Positions 55,052 to 64,000 of a DNA stretch of 64,000 nt are shown here, in pieces (position 1 is the first letter of the stretch; each line of letters begins with the position of its first letter). The stretch comes from Chrysomallon squamiferum. Its lineage: Eukaryota; Animalia; Mollusca. Below the pieces are notes generated by a model. It worked only from the letters and a program-made list of their open reading frames with translations. It had not been told where the DNA came from and ran no database searches. Both the position numbers and the translations under genes were made by a program. The DNA is taken from positions 5,518,001 to 5,582,000 of the forward strand of contig CM022674.1 of NCBI GenBank assembly GCA_012295275.1, in the 5' to 3' direction.

Positions 55052-56831
55052 CTGATTTTTAAAAAAGATATATATAAATCAATGTTATTTGTGGTTTTAG
55101 TGGTTATATATATATATAAAAATTATAATAATAACAATAATAATAATTTCTATAATTGCTACTAAATAATAAATAAAATTAAAAACATATGAATAATTAA
55201 AATGTCTACTAAATTAAATCTTTTACAAACCATGAACAACACACTGTATGTTAACACACACACACACACACACAAAACACATACATGTCCTATAATGAAA
55301 TATACATATGCACTCAAACACACACAAACATGAGTACACAGACACAAAAACACAAATACTTATAATCATGCAAAACACAAAACATACACATCTACTATAA
55401 TTATATATATACAAATGACACACACAAACCAGACACTCAGAAACATACACACTCACACATTAACAAAAAGAAAAAAACACAGACACACTCGGATAATTAA
55501 ATGAACTCACCATTTCTTCAAGACCTTTGACCTTTTGCCTGTGAGCTCTCTCTCTTGCCTCCAGGAGCCTTTCAGCCTGCATCTGAGCTGATCTGAGTCG
55601 CTCTGTCTCCATCTCGGTTTCTGCACGATGTCGAGTGGTTAAGTCTATCAGCCTTTGAAAACATCACCAAACAAATACATTAATAACATGTAACTGAAAA
55701 CACTTCAAACTGAAAAAACAACAACACCTGTTTTGTTCCTAAAATGAATCTATTTACAAATATTTATTAAAAGAAAAAAAAAAAAAAAAAAAAGACCTCC
55801 CTCTCCCCTACAAATTTAAAAAAAAATAATAATAAGAAGAAAACAGGTTTTTATTAAATGAAAGTTGTTAACGATAGTTAAGGATATATAAAAAAAAAAA
55901 AAAATTTTATGTTATTGCTGTTAATAACAGTAAAAGAGAAAGAAAAACATATATGTTTATATGTTAAATAATTTTTAATAAAAAATTTCAAAAATAAAAA
56001 TGGTTATAGATGGGAAAAAAAAAAGAAACCAAAAAAAACAATTTTTTATTAATTTATTGCTATAAATGAATGAAACTAATTACAAAATATAAACAAGATT
56101 AAAGAGAAATAAAAAAAGAATTTAGAAAACAAAACCCCAGATCTTATAAATTTAGCACTGTGAAAGAATGTTGATAAATTAAGAAAGCATGTTTGCAGTT
56201 GTTTCTAAGAACTATTTAATACACATTTTTAACTTTGTCATTTCTTGTTTGATAAACAACTGACATTTGGTTTAAAATAAACATTTAATGACTTACAAAC
56301 TTGATTAACATGCAAAAAAAAAATTGAAAATAAAAATTAAAAAATATATAAATTATTATTATTATTATTATTATTATTTAAATGAAATAATTTTATACTT
56401 CAAATGAATAAAGAAGAACAGCTTAGTGACAGTGTGACTTATTTAGTGACAAAAATTAACAATAACTGTAATGTTTATTAAAAATGTGACCACAAATGTG
56501 ACTATTGAAATGTGATTATCAATACGTCATTCCTAAACACTCATAATAAATCAAAGCAATCAAATTTATTTATTTAAATGACTTTTCTGTTTGCAACATA
56601 CCTTTTCTTCTTGAAAAATAAAGAGAAAAAACAAAAGAAAGAATGACAATGTTTTTCTAACTGTACTCAATATATTTCAGTTACAAATTAAAATTGTAAG
56701 ATGTAATTCATGGCAAAAAAGGGAAGGAAATACATTATGGTATATTTATTGTAGGAAAATCTGGAAAAAATTGTGAAAGATTTAAGACAGGAATGAAATA
56801 ATATTTGGAAATGGGATCAGTAGGGCAACTG

Positions 56832-56885
<54 letters not shown>

Positions 56886-59800
56886 TATTGTTCTATATAA
56901 AAAAAATAATAATAATAATCTAAATATTATCATTATGGCATTATCATTAAATAAATTACCAAATATATATGATCAAATAACCACATGTGTATATATGTAT
57001 GCATGTGTGTGTGTATGTATTAAATGTCATAAAAAAAGATCATGCTATGCAATATGAAGGCTGCTGCAGACAACATGCAATGAAACAAGATTTAAAACCA
57101 CTTATCACTGATGCAAAACATCAGATAACTGTTTTAAACTGACTGGAGATCACACATGTCTTCAATAGGTAAATATTTTGCCTGTTCATTACTCAGGTAG
57201 ATATATATCCATCTGATGATAAAGCAGTTTAATTATGACTGACATATATGATACATCCACATTTGAAAGATAATTTCAATGACTGCTCTGTGAACATATA
57301 CTGAACTGTATGGAAGGTGATTCTGCAGATTTGTGATGCTATACAAAGCCAGAGAAACTGGTCGTGACATTCAGGTAAACATAAATGGGATGTGATAAAT
57401 TAATTTATACCTCTTCATGTGGTCTCTATGGAGATCTGATAGACTGGACAGAGACAGAAGGACAAATAAAATGACCAGAAAGAAATATTTAGATTTGTAA
57501 AATATGAAATGTTGATAGTAAGAGAGACAGATAACAAACATTACTGTTCAAAACAGAAGGTTTTTTTTTTTTTTTTTTTATCCATGGTAATGTTTAGATT
57601 ATACAACAGATTTAAAACAGGAAAAAAGAAAAAAAGCTTTGTTAATTGAAATGCAAAGAAACTATATTCTTTTTAGAAAGTGTTGCTATTTTAACAGACA
57701 AATAATTAGTATTTATTTTTCAAGGAAGAAAACAATTACTTTATTTATTATATGCAAATATATTCACAAACACACATACATACACAAAACATTCAAACAG
57801 TTATTTAAATAACCATAATATATAGAAAAATAAAGCATAAGAAAAGTTTTATGGTCTACATAATTTAAATAACCATAATATATAGAAAAAGAAAGCTTAT
57901 GAAAAAGTGTTATGGTCTACATAATTTAAATAACCATAATATATAGAAAAAGAAAGCTTAAGCAAAAGTGTTATGGTCCATGTTATTTAAATAACCATAA
58001 CAGAGAGAAAGAAATCTTAGAAAAATGTTAAAGTTTACATTATCAGAATAACCATATTACATAGAAAAAAAACCCTTAGAAAATTTGTATGGTCTACATT
58101 ATTTAGATAACCATAATATTGAGAAAAAACAAGCCTACGAAAACGTTTTATGGTATGTAGTATTCAAATAACTATATAGAGAATATTATCAACAGTCAAT
58201 GCAGGACAATTAATTATAAAGACTGAGTTACACTCTCACCTCTGTGCATGCTGCTGCTCAGCTTCAGCAAGCTGTGCCTGTAGCTGCTGCACAAGTCGCT
58301 GGTTTTCAACGTTGTCATCCTCCAGACGCTGAAGGCTGTGGTCAAGGCTTGACCGGTCATGCAGGGTCTGGTTGGCAAGCTCTTCGGTAATCAGTTTTTC
58401 ACGTTCCACCTGTGATCAAAGAAATGACATACTGGTTAGTTGATTAATGCTTATGAGTAAAAGAATCTTTAATAATTTAAACAAATTTAAATTTTGTTTA
58501 TAATGGAAAAGAAACAAAAGAAATATATATTTAAAAATGATGATGATGATGATTATAATGATGATAAATTAATTAAAATGTTAAATGAAGTATCTCACGC
58601 AAATGTTTTTCTTTAAACATTTAAACAAAATTTTAAACATTTTACTATAAACTCCTTCTTAATTCAGAATGTTTTTTATTCCCTACTTCATTGAAATTTG
58701 TCTTTTAATAACCTTCAGTGTTATTAAAACTTCTTACAGTTTTGTTGTCCAAATATATTAAAAAATAAACAGCCTTTCATAAACAGGTTTTACTCTGAAT
58801 AAACATTAAATCTCTCTAGTAAATAGATCTAGTACACCTTTACTACATTTTGTCAAACTGGATCAAAGAGTGTTAATTTTTTAAATAAGCCTTACACAGA
58901 CCTGATTTTTTCTTTTTAATTTATATTCAAAAAAAGATTTATTCCAGCTTTAATATACAATTTATTGGCTTGTTATTTTGTGGATTTTTTTTTTGATTTT
59001 ATTTTATTTTTTCAGATATATTTTCAAAATAAACAATGTTAAATTTTTAAACAGGCAATATCCAGAACTTGTTAAAATAATTTATTTTGTTTCTAATTAT
59101 ATTCATCAAATAGTTTTATTCAAGCAACCTAGTCCGTCTTTTACTATGTTTCTATTAAGTGGATTGTGTCTTACTTTGTCCAGAGTTTTTCTTAAGGCAG
59201 TTTTATCCTTCTCCAGTCTCATAGTTGATCTCTCAATTTCTCTCTTCTCGGACTCCAGCCCTCCCAGAGCACGTTTTAGAGTGGCACACTGTTCTGTCAG
59301 ATTCTGTCGATCAGACTGCAGTTTCTGAATCTTCTGGTTCAAATCCTGCTCAGCCTCCTGCAGTTGCACAATCATCTGGTAATCAACAAATATGTTATTA
59401 AAATATTGTCACGTTTTTATTTTATGATGGACAAACGACATAACAAGCAGACAAAATGTGTAGATCAAAGAGGGAACAAATCATACTAGCTGATATTCTT
59501 CTGCTGTCTGCTGACTTCTAATAACAATAATAATAATAAAATGGACAACCAGCACCATTCCAGACATTATTTTATTCGTCCCCGCATTTTCCAACAATAA
59601 ATATACCATAATACGTTTCCTTCTCTTCTGCTATTTGGTTTATATCAATTTCTTTAAAACGAAACTCATTTAATCTTGAACATTATCATCTCTGAACAGT
59701 CTCAGTAATCTAAGTAAACTTTTATTGTTTTCATTGAAATGATATTCATTAGATCGTGAACATTATCATCTCTGAAAAAACTGGATCTGAACAGAGAATC

Positions 59801-61669
59801 ATGGAATCAAATCTGTAATCTTAGAAAAGTTTACAGGATCTGAACAGAGATAGGTGTAATTATGAATAAGAAAGCTTTACTTACAACGTGACTCTGTCGT
59901 ACTTGACTTTCGAGTTCAGTTCTGCGCACCTCACTGTCAGACAACTCTGTCTGCATACCCTGCAATCTCTCCACCAAGACGTGATTCTGTTTCTTAGTCT
60001 CATTCAGAGCTTGCCTGAAATAAGAAAAGAAAATATATGTAAGAAATTAAGTAATAAGTTTGTTATCTATTATCAATATATTATACTTTAAATCTACAGA
60101 ATATTTTAGAATTAAACTTCCTTTATTTCTTTTTCATTTTATTATTATCTATTTATTAATTTATTTATTTCTTTTTCATTTTATTATTATCTATTTATTA
60201 ATTTATTTATTTCTTTTTATTTATTTATTTTATTTTATTTATTTATTTATTGTCAGAGAATAACTGTTTTATTTTATAAATTTTAAACAAAACGACAGAT
60301 TCCAACGGAGAAAAAACATCTGTCAATTCACCTTGATCTTCATTTAACCACTCATCAGAATAATCACAAAATATTGATTTATGTGCACTTCTCAGTGGGC
60401 ACTCAAAACGGTTTCTGAGACAGAGCAGTTTATGTAAATATGGATGTTCTACTAATCTTCACATATCAGTTTATCCAGACAACTGCTTTTAATGGAAGTC
60501 AGTGTACACTTCAGGCCACTCTATTTCTTATGTGAATAAAAACCATACAGAATTGTTTTAACCAGAACTATGTTATGCGGTGTGTGATAATTCTGTGTAT
60601 TTACCGTGTCTGGTCAAGTCTCTCCTGCAGGACTCGTCTGTCGTGTTCGCTGGCTGTGAGACCTCGTTGTAGCTGTGAAATTCTCTCTTCCAGTTCGTTG
60701 ATGGTTGCGTTGGTGTCAGACAGTGTCAGATTCAAACTCTGAACCTAGAGAAAGATAAAAAAAAAAAATCTCATTTTAAAGTTTTGACTTCATAAAACAT
60801 GTGAAAGTTTATATTAAAATAAAAAATTTTGGGGTTTAATGTTGTTGGTAGCAAAGGAACTGAATTTTTAACAGTAAAATTTTACAACTCCATTTTAATT
60901 TTTTATTTTATTTTATTTCATTTTTCTTGTTTTTTTAATAATAATTTTTTTTTAAATCTTCTTTTTTAAAAATTAATCCATTATACTAACCATTTCTATA
61001 ACAACTATAAAAGTATTCAGCAAGTGAAAATTATCAAAATAAACAATTTCATTTTCTCTAATCTCTCATTTCCATTTCAGTCTCTTTCAAACCACCTTTT
61101 TCTACCATTTTAGATTTATCATTCTTTCTCCAACCCTCAGTTAACAACAAGCAGACAACAGCTTTACGAAAATTTCAGTTAATGAATCAACATACCCTGT
61201 CTTTATGTTGATGTCCCTCTTCTTCAGTCTTGGCTAGAGACAGAGACAGTCTGTCAATGGTGAGCTGTAAAGACTGAGCCTTTGATTCAAGATCCTGGAT
61301 CTGTTTCACCAGACTCTCCACACGGTCCTGTAGTACCTGGAATGAAAGAACAAAACAAATGAATGAACAAAGGGAGGAAGAAGAAAAGTATATTTGTATT
61401 AATAATATCTCCAGTATATATTAATATTAACAGATATTAAAATATAAAACGTTTTTCTTGCCATGCCATTAACTGTATTGCTGATTAGCAGCAGTTAGTC
61501 ACATATAAGCACCTACCCAATGGCAGGAGAATACATACAAATGCCAGTCAAGAATAACTAGTTTGTATTGGAAATAGCCAAGATGATATATATTAAAATT
61601 TAAAGAAGTCAGCTCCTTTGATACTAGGACAGAATTTTGATGCTTTTCATACTAGGATTTATCAACATT

Positions 61670-61705
<36 letters not shown>

Positions 61706-63555
61706 TCTACCATCATAATCATCTTTATTAACAATATGTTCAGATTGGTATATTCTACCCACTGATATATTTGGATATAAAACAAACAGGAAAAAAGGAA
61801 TCAAAAAGATTATTTTTCAAGTGTATTTATACAATTTGTAATCATAGTTCTTGAATAAATTTATTAATATGTATATAATCATGAACAACAAACCTTTTGA
61901 GATTTGAAGTTACCAACAGCAACAATTTTGTAACAATTTGACTTCACATGACGGAGTAGAAAATCCATTTTTAGAAAAAGATGAAACTACACTCAACTCA
62001 ATAAAATTGTAAAATCTCCAGTTAAATTAGGTCCATTCAAAATAAAAATAATGTTCAAGAAAACAAAATCCATGGGTAAAAAAAAAAAAATTATATCTGT
62101 TTTTGATATTCAGTTACCTTCTTGTCAGCTTATTTTTTATAAAAATTCCTGAATTTAAGACAAAATTATTATTATATAGATATTAACACGTACTTCTGAA
62201 GTAAATCAATACCTTATTTTTTTTTTTTTTTTTTTTTTTTTTCATATATAAAACATTTCAAGTTTCTTTACCAGTATTTATCAACGACAACAAAAAGACA
62301 ACAAAAACACAAATTCCAAATTAGAATGTATTAAATGGATGATGAACAACACTGCTGCACAAACTAAAATACTGGATTTTGTTTAGAACAAGTCACTGAA
62401 TTAGTGAATATTAAACAAAATTCTAAAACAAAGAAAATGTCAAACTGCTTAGAATAAATCCTAAGTCCTATGAATAAAACTGAATTAGTGAATATTAACA
62501 AAAACACTATCCACAAAGAAAATGCAAGCTACTCTTTAGAATAACTCCCAGCTCATATGAATGAAATGGAACGAATTGTAAGCCAACATAAGAAAATATC
62601 AAGCATTGTGTATCTCCACTGAAAGAATGAAGCTGATGTACAGATCAGGTGATTCTCGAGAGTCACAAACTGTAAAACTAATCAAAATGTCCACAGAATC
62701 TAACATAAGGTTTATATATTATTAACAGAATTTTACTTGATGATTCTTAGCATTGATGCTGTTAATGTATAATTAATTGATGGCAGATTTTTAAGAGTGC
62801 AGTGTCTTAATTAAACTTCTGCTGTTGTAGTTTGCAGATCATAGATTATTTCTGGGAAAATACAGGTTTCTTTTATATGACCTTCAGACACACAAAACAG
62901 TGTCATCCATAAGCAGTAGTACAGAAGACAATAGACCATAAAACCAAATTGCTCTAAACCACTGACTAAATCCTGATCAAAAATGTTTTTAAAAATTTTT
63001 TTTTGTTTTCAGTATACCATTCTTCATATATATTTATTTTTTTATTTTATGAAATTTATTTTGGGAGGGTGATGTTGTGTTGTTGTTTCTTTTGCTAATA
63101 TACATAATCTACCTACTTTCTGGCTTCTTTGACTTTTAATTACTACTTGATACATGTATCATATAAAATTATTTATCTGGTTTTCAATTTGTGTTTTTTT
63201 TTTAACAGACTAATTGTCACAAGTATCATAAAAAAAAAAAAAATATTTATATGATTTGTTTATCTTTTGATTACTATTTTATACAGGTATCACAAACAAT
63301 ATATACCTCGTTTTCTGTTTCTTTGATTTTTAGTAACAATTTCATACAGGTATCCTAAAATTTTTTATTATTTACCTGGTTTTCTGTTTCCTTGTCATTC
63401 ATGGCCAGTTTCATTCGCTGCAGCTCTCCTTCCAGAGACCTGCGGTTCAGTTCCAGCTTAGTGCAGCGGTTCTCTGCGTCGTCAAGGTTACCACGGAGCT
63501 GTTTCTTGTCCTCTTCCAACTTGGACTCCGCCTGTTTCAGTTTACCAATCTTCTC
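54719..63555 (-). CDS. CROCC: Rootletin (ciliary rootlet coiled-coil protein), 3' portion; the gene continues beyond the window
   Basis: Eight phase-compatible GT-AG exons: 63555-63376, 61336-61196, 60744-60605, 60014-59885, 59375-59175, 58409-58240, 55652-55511 and 55051-54719. They form a continuous coiled coil with rootletin-like segments RRSLEGELQR, SEHDRRVLQERLD, RLEKDKTALRKTLDKVEREKL and ERLLEARERAHRQKVKGLEE. Confidence 0.9.
55511..55652 (-). CDS. CROCC: Rootletin exon (LIDLTTRHRAE...ARERAHRQKVKGLEEM)
   Basis: Acceptor tttcaaag and donor ATG|GTGAGT; 142 nt. Confidence 0.9.
56467..56885 (+). repeat. Dispersed repeat copy 2, in a rootletin intron
   Basis: High visual identity to 33963-34392 and ends in the same (ATT)n tract. 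Confidence 0.85.
57411..57443 (-). CDS. CROCC: Candidate 33-nt symmetric (phase 2-2) rootletin microexon adding SLSDLHRDHMK
   Basis: Acceptor tttatttgtccttctgtctctgtccag and donor AG|GTATAA. It preserves frame, has no stop, and its peptide continues the local 11-residue pattern. Confidence 0.6.
57801..58180. repeat. Minisatellite of about 60-61 bp, about 6 degenerating copies
   Basis: Repeated unit atttaaataaccataatatatagaaaaagaaagctta...ttatggtctacat. Confidence 0.85.
58240..58409 (-). CDS. CROCC: Rootletin exon (VEREKLITEE...AEQQHAQ)
   Basis: Acceptor tcacag and donor AG|GTGAGA; 170 nt. Confidence 0.9.
59175..59375 (-). CDS. CROCC: Rootletin exon (MIVQLQEAEQ...LRKTLDK)
   Basis: Acceptor taccag and donor AAA|GTAAGA; 201 nt. 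Confidence 0.9.
59885..60014 (-). CDS. CROCC: Rootletin exon (QALNETKKQN...VRQSHV)
   Basis: Acceptor tttcag and donor GTT|GTAAGT; 130 nt. Confidence 0.9.
60605..60744 (-). CDS. CROCC: Rootletin exon (VQSLNLTLSD...SEHDRRVLQERLDQT)
   Basis: Acceptor tctctag and donor CG|GTAAAT; 140 nt. Confidence 0.9.
61196..61336 (-). CDS. CROCC: Rootletin exon (VLQDRVESLVK...QHKDR)
   Basis: Acceptor ttccag and donor AGG|GTATGT; 141 nt. Confidence 0.9.
62395..62566. repeat. Tandem duplication of about 85 bp in a rootletin intron
   Basis: actgaattagtgaatattaa...caaagaaaatg...tagaataa...tatgaat occurs twice. Confidence 0.7.
63376..63555 (-). CDS. CROCC: Rootletin exon (EKIGKLKQAE...NDKETENQ)
   Basis: Acceptor ttcacag and donor CAG|GTAAAT; 180 nt. 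Confidence 0.9.
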
Positions 63556-64000
63556 CTGTGAAAATAAAATTATTTTTCAATTTTAAATTATAATATGTGT
63601 TTAAAAACCCCTGACACCTCCTTGAGGGATTTACTGATGTTCCCTGTTGTATCAATTTTACCCAACCCCAGAATATATACAACTACATATCATATACAAA
63701 ATAAATTTAATAAAATATTACACATTTTATATATTTTTTTTATTTCTAAGAGACTTCCCTACTCAGCTGATTATCTGAATACTCTTATCTATCTTTGTTT
63801 ATTTTATATATATTATATTTATTTTTTTTAATTTCATTATTATTGTTATTATTAACATTAGTAGTTGTAGAAGTAATACAATACCAGTAGTAGTAGTATA
63901 TTTGCTAATAGTAGTGCTATTAGTTTTATATCATTATATTAATCATCGTCATCATCATTATTGTTATTCTTGTTGCCATAATTATTATTATCATCATCAT

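Noticed and set aside
57801-58180. CRISPR-like appearance of regularly spaced repeats with internal palindromes
   Set aside because: The whole unit repeats with no unique spacers, there are no cas genes, and the context is a eukaryotic intron.

Overview
This is eukaryotic (metazoan) DNA, very AT-rich and saturated with microsatellites. A mollusc or cephalopod origin is only a guess from the repeat style and gene families. Four protein-coding loci are supported. (1) An intronless class A (rhodopsin-like) GPCR at 8086-9294 (+). (2) A type II membrane protein with two tandem GT32-like (A4GALT/A4GNT-type) glycosyltransferase domains at 24512-22750 (-), broken by one frameshift. (3) An 11-exon BBS12 chaperonin-like gene at 39213-50045 (+), with a very large acidic/Ser-rich exon and two frameshifts. 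(4) The 3' eight exons of rootletin/CROCC at 63555-54719 (-), plus a candidate 33-nt microexon that adds one 11-residue coiled-coil repeat. BBS12 and rootletin are both ciliary genes and lie tail-to-tail. By eye, CpG is common left of about 39.4 kb and nearly absent across both gene bodies, consistent with mosaic gene-body methylation. Nearly all other ORFs in the track are microsatellite or antisense artefacts. I found no tRNA, rRNA, CRISPR array or autonomous transposon. I cannot support a wholly new multi-gene system. The three frameshifts could be assembly indels and need read-level checking. Homologue comparisons use motifs recalled from memory, not a database search.
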